Shown: positions 30,446 to 40,182 of the stretch, one piece after another | Layout: each line of letters starts with the position of its first letter | Position numbering within the stretch: the first letter of the stretch is position 1 | Virus record (IMG/VR): IMGVR_UViG_3300038705_000018 | Coordinates: 3,711 to 67,710 of that record | Length of the DNA stretch: 64,000 nt | Direction: 5' to 3' (one strand) | Source of the DNA: a virus | The notes under the pieces: model-generated | Databases searched by the model: none | What the model saw: the letters and a program-made list of their open reading frames with translations, nothing else | What the model was told of the DNA's origin: nothing | Translations under genes and position numbers: made by a program

Positions 30446-31250
30446 TTCAAGGGGATGGGAGAAAAGAGAGAAAACAAATGGCAAGGTCTCTCTTAGATCA
30501 AGGCTGAGTGCTCTCAACCTTCTCCAAGCCACCGCATCATGTAATTTTTTAGCCCTTATTAGCTACACGCCTCACGTTCGGTGGCTAGGAGAAGACTAAG
30601 AATCTTCTCGTTTATACTCCGTAGAGCTGGTCAATATATCGGCTGTCGCATGGCCTTAGCTGATTAAATCGTTTATACAATAATTTATATCCAAGACGTA
30701 TATGTTTCTTCCGACGCCTTGTTTGAACCAATACACTAGAGGTACGGAAGGGGAATGTTTCCGCTGTATTGGCTCAAACAAAGAGTGGAACTCTTTGCCC
30801 TCGTTTTTGTCATTAATAAGAATCATGGGTAATTACTAATGTACGAGATACGTATACTTTTTAGCTTTTTAGAATGCAAGTGTCACTCAATCATGAGCAA
30901 CCACCCCCATTCCATTTTCAAGAACCGACATAATAAAAGAAACTAGACTTATATTTATTATCAACCCAGAGGACGCATTCCGAGCTGATTGATAAATACA
31001 ATAAAAACAGCATGACGAATGCGAATTATCTCACACCCGCCACACTGGAATATGTCATTGTAATACATTCATTGGTCTTTTCGTCTTAACGCGGGTTCGT
31101 ACCGCCTTGCCCGCCCTACTATGCGGTATACGTTACCGTGACATTCTCGCATAAGAACGTTTCACTTGTAGGTGTACTAATCCTCTTCGATATGCGGTTG
31201 TCAAAGAGCTTGTACATTAAGAATATCGTTGATTTCATTATCAAAATTCC
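30446..31250 (-). ncRNA. Candidate large structured noncoding RNA (family unknown)
   Basis: About 0.8 kb with no track ORF in any frame. G+C counted by hand is 27/60 (30541-30600) and 35/60 (31081-31140), against 18/60 in flanking CDS. Several long helices and its own terminator. Confidence 0.4.
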
Positions 31251-31345
31251 CCCTATTTAGTCCCCTTTTTTGTCGGTATTTTGTCGACGTTTTTAAATAC
31301 AAAAAGAGCAGAATCAATATAATGACTCTACTCTATATGTACTAT

Positions 31346-31825
31346 TTAGTTTGTTTTCTCATATTTATAATTAAGCTTTTCAGCAACTTCCTTTAAAAAA
31401 GCTTCCTTATCTTCAGCTTCTTTAAAATTCTTTTGGAATTTTTCCCAATGATTATTCATATCAAAATCTACTCTTCCAATAGACATTCCATTATCAGTAG
31501 GTGCTACTAAATATTTCTCAGGTCCAGATGACAGGTGCAAAGGATTACTTTTACCAAATTGCTCTTTTAAAGATAATGATACAACTGCATACTTTCCGCC
31601 TTTATATTCAGTTTCCTCAACTTTATATAAAGCATATTCATTAGCACGATCTCTCTTTCCGTGCATTTTCCATTCATTATCTTCTGTTATTTCTATAAAT
31701 GTATATCCATCACTTTCCTTGTACTTGTCTCCCTTTTTAAAAGCTACCGAAGAGCCTCCACACCCTGTAAGTAAAATCAATATACTTACAAATAAAACTG
31801 ATAATAATTTCGTTTTCTTAAACAT
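31346..31825 (-). CDS. Lipoprotein (prophage moron)
   Basis: Lipobox LLTGC in MFKKTKLLSVLFVSILILLTGCGGS. Confidence 0.75.
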   Translation of the reverse strand: MFKKTKLLSVLFVSILILLTGCGGSSVAFKKGDKYKESDGYTFIEITEDNEWKMHGKRDRANEYALYKVEETEYKGGKYAVVSLSLKEQFGKSNPLHLSSGPEKYLVAPTDNGMSIGRVDFDMNNHWEKFQKNFKEAEDKEAFLKEVAEKLNYKYEKTN

Positions 31826-31914
31826 GCTTTAATCTCCCTATTAATATATTAAAAATTAATAACTATAATATATTAACATATAAATATTGCATAATACACT
31901 ATTTTTCTATATCT

Positions 31915-32298
31915 TCAAATCATACCCAATGAAGTTGCGATTAATCGAATAGCATTTTTCTTCTTATAATAGAAATGATCTTTCTTCATTGATAATTCAG
32001 TGTAGATAAAACTATCCTTTAACTTCCCACCATTCAAATACTTCATCTTAATAATCTCTGCCTCATCATAATCTAAAACGTGTTGTAAAGCCTTATCGAT
32101 TTGCTTGAATTTTACATTACTGACATGTCTTGTATTACTTATCTCAGGAAACAGACTAATTCCCTCTTGTTGTTGCTCCATTTCATTCTCAAAACGTGCT
32201 TTTAAGGCGCGATACTCTTTTAGAATGCTCACAACTTCCTTTTGCATCTTCTTTTCCATTTCTTTGTCCATTACTGGTAAGAAAGCTAATTGTTCCAT
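31915..32298 (-). CDS. ArpU-family late transcription regulator
   Basis: 127 aa between the replication and packaging modules. The N-terminus resembles ArpU-type phage regulators. Confidence 0.55.
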   Translation of the reverse strand: MEQLAFLPVMDKEMEKKMQKEVVSILKEYRALKARFENEMEQQQEGISLFPEISNTRHVSNVKFKQIDKALQHVLDYDEAEIIKMKYLNGGKLKDSFIYTELSMKKDHFYYKKKNAIRLIATSLGMI

Positions 32299-32436
32299 GA
32301 AGGAATCCCCCTATTTCTGAATTTGTCTTTTTACATTCACATCAGGTACGTGAAATTTTACTATCTCTTTGTTGAATAAGGGAAATATGCATAGCGAATA
32401 GTCCCCACCATCCACCTTGCAAGGTTCCGTTATCCA

Positions 32437-33066
32437 TTAAACCCTTAATAATTTACATTTCTTGTTGACCATCTTCTCTTTTGCTGCTTCAATATTATTC
32501 GCTACCTTTTGATAGTCCTGATCAAACTGAATCATTCCATCAAATATAACTGGCGCTACTACTTCATCAATATATTGTAAGTAATCAACTGGCGCTCGTT
32601 CTGTCTGTTCTACTAAGTATCCATAAATATCGAAGTCTGCTCTTGGTATAGACTTCTTGCCCTTCGGTTGATGAGACATCCTTACATAAGATTGAATAAC
32701 TGATAGTGGTACAACGAATACTGACTTATCCTTACTGAATTCTATAAGAAAGAAGCATATCGCTCCCATCTTCTCCGCTTTCTCCAGGTAATCCAATTGA
32801 TGCTGCGCAATGTTCTTTAAATCAAAACGTGTATCTTTCTCTGTAGACTTCGCTTCAAATGCGATAGCTCGTCCCTTATACACACCGTCATAGTCAACTG
32901 TACTTTTAGCTTCATAGAATCCATTTAGTACACGGCCACCTTTACTTTTCAACACCTTAACAGGAGTCGGACGCTTGTTTATAAGCGCCACTCCACTTCT
33001 TTGATACATTTCATTCGCTAGATTGATGAGCATTTCAAATGCCATCCCACGGTTTCCTAGTCCCAT
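32437..33066 (-). CDS. recU: Holliday junction resolvase RecU
   Basis: GNRGMAFEMLINLANEMY...INKRPTPVKV...VDYDGVYKGRAIAFEAKST is colinear with RecU. Confidence 0.8.
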   Translation of the reverse strand: MGLGNRGMAFEMLINLANEMYQRSGVALINKRPTPVKVLKSKGGRVLNGFYEAKSTVDYDGVYKGRAIAFEAKSTEKDTRFDLKNIAQHQLDYLEKAEKMGAICFFLIEFSKDKSVFVVPLSVIQSYVRMSHQPKGKKSIPRADFDIYGYLVEQTERAPVDYLQYIDEVVAPVIFDGMIQFDQDYQKVANNIEAAKEKMVNKKCKLLRV

Positions 33067-33192
33067 TGTTATTCCTCACTTTCTATTAAAAGGATTATTT
33101 TGTTTAAATTTAGCTTAATTCTCATCAGTAATTATCTAAAAATTGAAAAATCGTTATATAATGAACTTAAATTAAGATTAGGAGTGGTTAAA

Positions 33193-33357
33193 ATGCCGGA
33201 TACAATAAGGCTCGTTCTTTTCATCCTTATAGCAATTAGTGCTGTTTTCTCTTTAATAAAAGAGTTTAAAAAACCTGAGAAAAAAGCAATTTGGATTACG
33301 ATTGAATTTTTAGTTCTTTTCTGGGCGATATGGGTAATAGCGAATATCATAATCTAA
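33193..33357 (+). CDS. Small two-TM membrane protein
   Basis: RBS TAGGAG before ATG33193. A terminator hairpin at 33479-33510 follows. Confidence 0.45.
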   Translation: MPDTIRLVLFILIAISAVFSLIKEFKKPEKKAIWITIEFLVLFWAIWVIANIII

Positions 33358-34501
33358 TTTATAAATTATGATTCCCCCGACTAAAACTCAATATTCCGTC
33401 AATAATATAGATAGGCGATAGCCAAAACCCGTTTAATGAAGTCCCTAGCCTTTCTCCTTGTTCCCCCTTGGAGAACCGAGCAGTTAGCTTTTGCTAGCTG
33501 CTTTGTTGTGTAAAATAAAGCATTTATAAAAAGCTTTCTCAACACCCAAGATATGGAATTCAACTTCCTTTTATGGTAACTTATTGGTAATCCCATAAGG
33601 ATCTATCGTTCCATTAACAGGATCCGTCCCCTAATCGGATCCTGTTAAATATTTTCTATTAAAATAGCGTTTTTATTAAAAACACTCGTAAACAAATTGC
33701 ATATACTAAACCGAATACTCTCTACAGTACATTCACCTTTAGGGCGCCTTTCTCCCAAGGCGCTCTATTCATTTATTGTTGGTTTCGAAAAGTACTTTTC
33801 ACCTTTTAACTGGACAAGCATATGTTATTGTACGGAGACTCCCACTCATAGGAATCTACCTTTCTTGTCCAAGAGCACATATATTGTGCTCTTTTTTATG
33901 GATATATAAGGATTTTTTTAAAATTTTTTTAACCTTATTAATTCTTTTACATACAGTATTATCACAAGGAATTCAATAAGTGCTCCGGTCTAGTTACCTT
34001 GAATTTCTTGCAAACCTTGTAGGAAGAATCCGTTTATAACAAACGGATTCCTTTATTTATCCATCATAAAATAACTATTTTGTTCAATTCATTGATACAT
34101 TTACGAAACATTCATGTGTTATCTTCAGTAAGTTCTTTTCTTTTCCTAAATTGTGTGAATTATACCCACACAAAAAGCTCTAGATCCCTAAATCTAGAGC
34201 TCCTTCGTTTTAATAACTATTTTGTTCAATTTGTTGTATAGACAACTATATATTTAGGTGTTAAAATATTATTGTGACTCCCACATGGTTCACATACGAC
34301 TTTTTTCTTCGATTATGGGGTTCTTACGTAATAGTAAGGACCATTTTTTTATTTAGTGCCCATAGCCAGTAAATCCGAAACCATATTTCTCCTTTCTGAT
34401 TCCAATAATCCTAACGTTTCTACTGACGCTATGACGCCTACTGGTGCCTCGTTCAATCAAATGAGTTTCTGCCCTTTAAATACGTCATAACGCTATGTCT
34501 C

Positions 34502-34765
34502 TTAATCTAAATTCATTATCTCTTCTAAGGTTCTATCGGAAATATACGTGGTGATAATCTGTATCTTTCCGTATTTCTTTTTAGCCATTTCTATCGCTTC
34601 GCTCTCGGACTTCGCCTCAAACCAACGAAGCTTCCACTTCTCATCTATATCGTAAAACTCTACTGAGTACGTCATAACGCTATTACGCTTCAAAAATTTG
34701 TCCACGGTACTTGTTGCCGTATAATCAAAACTTCCGACTACATCCTCTAGTGTTAGTTGTTTCAT
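34502..34765 (-). CDS. Hypothetical phage protein
   Basis: 87-aa ORF with ATGA overlap to the upstream gene. Confidence 0.5.
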   Translation of the reverse strand: MKQLTLEDVVGSFDYTATSTVDKFLKRNSVMTYSVEFYDIDEKWKLRWFEAKSESEAIEMAKKKYGKIQIITTYISDRTLEEIMNLD

Positions 34766-35049
34766 GCTCCTAACCCCATTGGACGCGATTTGATTTTGTT
34801 CTTATCTGCCTGATCCATAATTAATGCGGCGATTTCTAGTTGATGCCTTCCTAACTCTTTTGCTATTTCAAGAATATCTTTATCCTCATCCCACATTTCT
34901 CGTAATTGAATCACTTCAATTTCATCAAACACTAAGTCCAACTCTTCTAGAGCAATATATAAGTTACGACGCGACTTCTTCATGTACTTCCCCTGCTGCA
35001 ACGCCATTGTGTAATTCTCCTTTTCCAAATCCGTTCCAAGTCGTGGCAT
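34762..35049 (-). CDS. Small HTH-like phage protein (start uncertain)
   Basis: ILEIAKELGRHQLEIAALI is an HTH-like segment. Internal Mets at 35007 and 34983 are alternative starts. Confidence 0.45.
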   Translation of the reverse strand: MPRLGTDLEKENYTMALQQGKYMKKSRRNLYIALEELDLVFDEIEVIQLREMWDEDKDILEIAKELGRHQLEIAALIMDQADKNKIKSRPMGLGA

Positions 35050-35227
35050 CCCATTTCCCCTCCAGCTGTAATTGATGAATTTCTCTTAACTCCGCCATAA
35101 CGGCATGACGTCTTCTATCCACTTCTTCAGGACTGCGATTCCCTGCTTCGCAAATACACGGTGCAAATTGATAGCAGCCATTCCCCATATCATTGCTAAT
35201 TACTCCCATTCCTTCACATACACACAT
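34964..35227 (-). CDS. Cys-rich small phage protein
   Basis: MCVCEGMG...CYQFAPCICEAG. The 3' part overlaps the next gene out of frame. Confidence 0.4.
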   Translation of the reverse strand: MCVCEGMGVISNDMGNGCYQFAPCICEAGNRSPEEVDRRRHAVMAELREIHQLQLEGKWDATTWNGFGKGELHNGVAAGEVHEEVAS

Positions 35228-35242
35228 CGTTTATTCCCCCTT

Positions 35243-36052
35243 TTAAAATGGCAATGCCTTTCTTCTGTAATCCTTTGTTTCTTTGAAAGTGATCGTTCTG
35301 AAATTATTGAGAATCCGCGATACAATCCGTTCATCGTACGCCTCATCTAAACGCTTTCCTGTGAGGTTTGTCGTGAAGATAGTAGATTTACCTTGCCTAC
35401 CATCGAAAACATCGAATAGTACCCTATTAATGAAGTTTGTTGCTTTCGTATTGGCATCTAATGCGCCTAACTCTGCTCCTAAATCATCGACTATTAATAC
35501 TTGTGCTCTTACTAAACTTTGAATTATTGCGTCCTCAGTTAAGGAGGAATCTTTATTGAACGTACTTTTAATCTTCCGTAGCAATTCGCCAACTGTGACG
35601 AAGACAACAGATATCCCCGCACCTGCAAGCTGATCCGCTATAGCGTAAGCAAGATGTGTTTTCCCTGCTCCGCAATTTCCGGCCATAATCGTGTTAAATA
35701 CTTTACCATTGAGATAATCCGTTGCGATGACCTTTGCGAGTCCAAGGTTCTTCGCTCCTTCCTCGCTAGTAGGTTGGTAGTTTTCAAAGTTAGCTTTCTT
35801 AATGTTGCTATCCGCAATCATGCTTTGTTGATGGAACATGAACTTCTTCTCATTCGCTTTATCTGCATCGTATTTAGCTTGTTCCTGTTGCTGAAGCTTC
35901 TTACTATCGTTTTCAAGGAAGCATCGAGGGCAAACAACTTGTCCACCGAACTTCATCTTATTCATGCCATGTGTATCACACACATCAGAATCCATAGTCA
36001 TATTCACCTTTTTGGCTATATCGGTTGGTATTGCTGCCGCAGCTCTCTGCAT
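35243..36052 (-). CDS. DnaC/IstB-like helicase loader ATPase
   Basis: Walker A GNCGAGKTH, Walker B VLIVDDLG. N-terminal zinc ribbon. The true start may be at 36001 or 35995. Confidence 0.85.
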   Translation of the reverse strand: MQRAAAAIPTDIAKKVNMTMDSDVCDTHGMNKMKFGGQVVCPRCFLENDSKKLQQQEQAKYDADKANEKKFMFHQQSMIADSNIKKANFENYQPTSEEGAKNLGLAKVIATDYLNGKVFNTIMAGNCGAGKTHLAYAIADQLAGAGISVVFVTVGELLRKIKSTFNKDSSLTEDAIIQSLVRAQVLIVDDLGAELGALDANTKATNFINRVLFDVFDGRQGKSTIFTTNLTGKRLDEAYDERIVSRILNNFRTITFKETKDYRRKALPF

Positions 36053-36854
36053 TGTTATTCGCTCCTTTTTTAGAATTCATTTGAATAGTTAGTTGGTCAA
36101 ACTTCTCCCGTAGCTTTTTAGGAGATAAAATGTTACCTTGCCAGAACGGATCAGCTTGGCACCAATCAATAACATCTTTAATCTCTTGCGGTTCTCTGTT
36201 ATCGCGTTCTCGCATTAATCTAAACTCATTTGCCCAATTATTGAAGTTAGGTTCTTTTTGCCTAGGATTGTTCCCCTTAATTTTTTCAAATAGATACTTA
36301 GCCCCATTGGTGTCGCAAGTTTCAAACTTGTGACGGGAAGATTTTTCTCTCTTCTTTTTATCTTTTTCTTTATCTAATTCTTTATCTTCTTCTATATCTG
36401 TATCGTCACGTGACGTCACGCAAACGTCATTTTCTTCACCCTTATTTTCTAGTGCTAATTGCTGTTGTTTCTTACGTTCACGGTACTTTTTGTTTCGTTC
36501 TGCATTCAATTGTTTTACACGTTCTAACCCATCGATGTTCTGATGTTTCTCCCAATTCGAGATGCATATGTACTGATCATCAGTGATGTCTATCATTCCG
36601 AATTGCTTAAACGTTTGTAGTGCGAGTCTCACAGTTGCTATCGGTCTATTAAAAAGTGTTGAGAGCATTTCTTCTGTGAAAGGAATGTTTTCACTCAAGA
36701 AAATGTAACCATTGGCATTTGTTCTGCCCGCTTGAGACAACAATTTAATCCAAATAATTAGTAGTGTATCTGCATCTGGTAAACTTTCAATTAATCGAAT
36801 CTTTTCATCTTCAAACATACTAGTAGAGAGCTTTATCCATTTAACATCTGCCAT
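35985..36854 (-). CDS. Phage replisome organizer (DnaD-like)
   Basis: N-terminus MADVKWIKLSTSMFEDEKIRLIESLPDADTLLIIWIKLL is typical of replisome-organizer N domains. Confidence 0.8.
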   Translation of the reverse strand: MADVKWIKLSTSMFEDEKIRLIESLPDADTLLIIWIKLLSQAGRTNANGYIFLSENIPFTEEMLSTLFNRPIATVRLALQTFKQFGMIDITDDQYICISNWEKHQNIDGLERVKQLNAERNKKYRERKKQQQLALENKGEENDVCVTSRDDTDIEEDKELDKEKDKKKREKSSRHKFETCDTNGAKYLFEKIKGNNPRQKEPNFNNWANEFRLMRERDNREPQEIKDVIDWCQADPFWQGNILSPKKLREKFDQLTIQMNSKKGANNNAESCGSNTNRYSQKGEYDYGF

Positions 36855-37076
36855 TTAATTCACCTTCTTCATCCAACATTCATAACTCACATTGTCTTCC
36901 ATGCCAGTAAACCGAACCTTTTCTCTCCCTCTGAACTTACCTTCATGATAAAAAGTTCTTTCTGCCCTATATATTCGTTTAATTGGCGTTACATAGTCAT
37001 AACCCCGTTTTTCTAAATCACGCACTGCTATTAACATTTCTTTCATTGATCCACGTCTGACAGGTATCTTAAACAT
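36855..37076 (-). CDS. Hypothetical phage protein
   Basis: RBS AAAGGGAGAA before MFKIPVRRG. Confidence 0.45.
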   Translation of the reverse strand: MFKIPVRRGSMKEMLIAVRDLEKRGYDYVTPIKRIYRAERTFYHEGKFRGREKVRFTGMEDNVSYECWMKKVN

Positions 37077-37267
37077 CACGCATTCTCCCTTTCGCATACC
37101 GCTATGTCGCCTTGAATTTTGATTATTTTATATCCTGGGTAGCGATCGGGAGTGATGTACTCAATCGCCTTTACTCTTGCTTCTTTTTTATTCCGTGCGC
37201 CCTTCCACACCCACTTCGGAAGGACGACTTTAGATTGATTTTTGTCTAACATAGGCTTAGCATCTCC

Positions 37268-37900
37268 TTAGTTTGTTTGTTCTATTTTTTCTACTTTTTC
37301 TTGCTCTTCGATTTCAGAGGTTTCTTTTTCAGCCTGTTTAACCCACTTTGTTAATTTCTTAAGTACTTCTCCAGCTTGGTTTAATGTCAATTCGCCAACT
37401 TCTTTAATACTTAAGTGTCCTTTAATCGTGTCTTCATCCACTTTTCGAAGAGAAGCTAATTTTTTTATGTTTACTTTAATTGCACCAACTTGTTGAGCAG
37501 TAATCATTTCCTCTTGGATCTCTGGTAAATCTTCACCCGCATAGATGTACAATCCTAATCCGTGAAGTGCAATTGCCTTTACTAAGCAACGTTGGATACT
37601 TGTGTTAATGTCAAAGCTGTTAGGCTCTGCAATCGGCTTGTTCTGATTGTCAAGTATCGGGTGAATCTGACTTAGTGGTATTCCTTGTACAGTTACTTCA
37701 ACTTCTACAAAGTAACCACAATCTGTTTTGAGGTAAGGCACTCCATCAAATCGTTTTACTTCCCATGTAGCTGTTGGATCTACTTCACGAAGCTTTTTAA
37801 CTGCCCATGCCCACGATAAGTAATTAAAACGCCCTTTCTTCTCAACATGTCCCGAACAATCTATTTGAGCCAATTTAGAAAAGTAATTTTCAGTTATCAT
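37268..37900 (-). CDS. Single-strand annealing protein (DUF1071 / Rad52-like Sak)
   Basis: FNYLSWAWAVKKLREVDP...IQRCLVKAIALHGLGLYIYAGEDLP. Confidence 0.65.
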   Translation of the reverse strand: MITENYFSKLAQIDCSGHVEKKGRFNYLSWAWAVKKLREVDPTATWEVKRFDGVPYLKTDCGYFVEVEVTVQGIPLSQIHPILDNQNKPIAEPNSFDINTSIQRCLVKAIALHGLGLYIYAGEDLPEIQEEMITAQQVGAIKVNIKKLASLRKVDEDTIKGHLSIKEVGELTLNQAGEVLKKLTKWVKQAEKETSEIEEQEKVEKIEQTN

Positions 37901-37917
37901 ATGAATCTCCCCTTCTT

Positions 37918-38103
37918 TTAAAATGGTGCTATTTCCGTTTGTTTACTAGCTTCATACACTTCCATAAGTGCTTGTAATCCATATTCGTAAGCTACAACCA
38001 TTGATGCAGCGTTAGGCTCTTTACTTTGCTTGTATCGTTCAACTAGACTCTTCATAATTTGAATTTCAGCTTCAATTTTGTTTTGTAGGACCACCTTATT
38101 CAC
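37918..38103 (-). CDS. Hypothetical phage protein
   Basis: 61-aa helical ORF in the operon. Confidence 0.45.
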   Translation of the reverse strand: MNKVVLQNKIEAEIQIMKSLVERYKQSKEPNAASMVVAYEYGLQALMEVYEASKQTEIAPF

Positions 38104-38296
38104 CTGCTACTTTCTTCATCGAATGTTCTTCAACGTACTGTTTGATGCATTCGGATTCGGTATGGATTGGATCACCACTAAAATCAAGGTACCCTTCTCC
38201 GTAGAAGATTTCTCCACCACACCCTTGGCAATAATCCATGAAGTCTCTTGCTGATGAATCGTGATGGTTTCCGTAAGTAATTGGATTTTCAATCAT
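38096..38296 (-). CDS. Small Cys-containing phage protein
   Basis: RBS AAGGAGGAA before MIENPITYG. Contains CQGCGGE. Confidence 0.5.
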   Translation of the reverse strand: MIENPITYGNHHDSSARDFMDYCQGCGGEIFYGEGYLDFSGDPIHTESECIKQYVEEHSMKKVAGE

Positions 38297-38647
38297 TTTT
38301 TTGAATTCCTCCTTATTTACTGAGAGAAAACTTATGGTATAATATAGGTAGCTAATTTTAGGGAATGTTTTCTCTACATCGCTCGTTGCCATCGAGCGTT
38401 TTTTATTTTTCAATAGCTAACTTTCTGAAAGTTTGTTAAAATTTAGTTACCGATATGTGTAACAACTGGCCTGTGCTTCTGTACGGGCTTTTTTGATGCT
38501 TTCACGCATCAAAATATCCAGGAATCCTTTTACTAGATGGGGAACACCATTAAATTCCTGAATATTACGACAAGCGAATGCGCGTCTTATCCTTGTAGGA
38601 TTTTCCTCCTTTCTGTCGAATTACTTAGACTGGAAGAAGGTGTTTTT

Positions 38648-38896
38648 ATGAAACCAACTACTATAAATATTCGTGTTGACTTAGATGATATTTTCAAACT
38701 ATCTCATCATGAAATTGTTGACGGTGTTTTAAAATACGTCCATGAACAATCGCACCAGTATAATGATTTAACTCCAGAGAGCAGTCTGGAAATGGTTATA
38801 AAAGAAGCAACAAAAGCTTATGAAGATAACTTAAGAAAACATATGCATGAACGATATAGTGCTACTATTTCTGGTCAAGTTGAAGTACAACTTTAG
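38648..38896 (+). CDS. Hypothetical protein on the opposite strand within the early region
   Basis: RBS GAAGAAGGTG before ATG38648 (MKPTTINIRVD...). Confidence 0.45.
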   Translation: MKPTTINIRVDLDDIFKLSHHEIVDGVLKYVHEQSHQYNDLTPESSLEMVIKEATKAYEDNLRKHMHERYSATISGQVEVQL

Positions 38897-39159
38897 ATTC
38901 ACAAATTTGCTTATTATTTAATAGAATTTTTACTTCTACAACAGCCTCTGTTACCGCAGGAGCTTGATTCTTGTTTTCTTCCACATGAATCACTCCTTTT
39001 ATCAAATTTTATCCATGTTCATAAATCCGTAAAATCTTTATATAAAAATTTAATGAACTATGTGTTAAACTTATTACATTCCAAGAAGTCCTTTACTTTT
39101 AGAATCGACAATTCTTCAATACCCTTAGTCTTGCCCTACATCCCCTTGTAGGGCTTTTA

Positions 39160-39297
39160 TCATTTAGCAAGCGTGATATACCTCTTGTATGTTTCCTCAA
39201 CCTTATCTGCGCTGTTATGTATCCCTCTAGTTCGTAAATCACGTATCATTTTGATGATGTTTACTTTGTCTTCCTTATCCTTCTGCTGTTTATCCAT
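39160..39297 (-). CDS. Small basic phage protein (45 aa, not in track)
   Basis: MDKQQKDKEDKVNIIKMIRDL... The start overlaps the preceding stop (TGATG). Confidence 0.35.
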   Translation of the reverse strand: MDKQQKDKEDKVNIIKMIRDLRTRGIHNSADKVEETYKRYITLAK

Positions 39298-39413
39298 CAA
39301 TTTTCATCCCTTATATACCGTCTATCTATCCAATCCATTAAACGAATGAATCCGGCAAGTAAAATGAATAGAACCAGAATCATTAGATGTGATAATGTGC
39401 TTTCTTCCGTCAT
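39297..39413 (-). CDS. Small TM peptide (38 aa, not in track)
   Basis: MTEESTLSHLMILVLFILLAGFIRLMDW... The ATG abuts the TAA of the upstream gene. Confidence 0.35.
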   Translation of the reverse strand: MTEESTLSHLMILVLFILLAGFIRLMDWIDRRYIRDEN

Positions 39414-40118
39414 TTAAACCGCCTCCTGCTCTTGCTCTTTCTTTAGTCGGTCTATGATGTAGGCTTGTCCTTTTGGTGTTACGTATGTTGTTGTCCATGT
39501 GAATGCTTCACCATTTGGTTTCTGTTTAACACCTTGTGCGATTTCAAAGTATCCTTTTTCAACTGCTAGCTGAGTTGGTTCAGTGGATCTTTTGAACATT
39601 AACTCCCATTCTCGAAGCTTTGCGAATAACTGGCGTTGGCCAATTTTTACTCCTTGTTTTGTTGCTAACTTTGCAACTTCACTTACTTTCAGTGTTTGTT
39701 CTGACTGCATACACGCTTCAGCAAAGACTACTAATGGTTTTTGCTGAACAATTTGTTGTTGTGCTGCTACAAGCCTTTCTTTTTCTTCTTTTAATTTAGT
39801 GATAAGACCAATTACGAAGTCTGGATTTGTTACTGCTTGTTCCAGGACTTAATCTGTCATGTATGCTCCGTGTTTTCTAATAGAAGGAAGTACTTCGCTT
39901 GTAACCCATTTTCGAAATTCTTTTGCTTTCTGAGTTTCTGATTCGAAAATTAGCTCATACAATCCATCTTCGGTACTGTATGGTTGTCCATCGTGGACAA
40001 TTACTGATATATCAGCTTTTTGGATGACTTTCTCGATACGATCTTTTCGAAGATAAGTTTTCCCTTTTGCCACTTTCGTATATCCAAGTGACCACGCTAC
40101 ATTTTCAAGATTAAACAT
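39414..40118 (-). pseudogene. Antirepressor (Bro-N + KilA-C) interrupted by one in-frame TAA
   Basis: The Bro-N ORF ends ...HGAYMTD-TAA at 39849-39851. The same frame continues VLEQAVTNPDF... for 46 codons into the KilA-C ORF (39414-39710). Confidence 0.7.
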
Positions 40119-40135
40119 TTTCTTTCCTCCTCTTA

Positions 40136-40152
40136 GTTCACAAAAGGTGAAC
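40136..40152. promoter_or_regulatory. Operator-like palindrome GTTCAC-N5-GTGAAC (copy 2)
   Basis: Same perfect half-sites as 40428-40444. Lies between cro-like and the antirepressor. Confidence 0.5.
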
Positions 40153-40182
40153 ATTTAGTTAAAAATAATAGTTAACTTTTCG

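Noticed and set aside
30446-31250. RNase P RNA, tmRNA, tRNA cluster or ORF-less group II intron as the identity of the structured segment.
   Set aside because: I could not find the conserved RNase P CR-I/CR-V strings, a tRNA-like end with a tag ORF, any cloverleaf, or a 5' GUGYG plus domain-V-like hairpin. Its identity is left open.
33399-33979. Track ORFs 33399-33596 (-), 33697-33909 (+) and 33776-33979 (+).
   Set aside because: They have no RBS, run across terminator hairpins, and have implausible sequences. The region is treated as noncoding (see finding).
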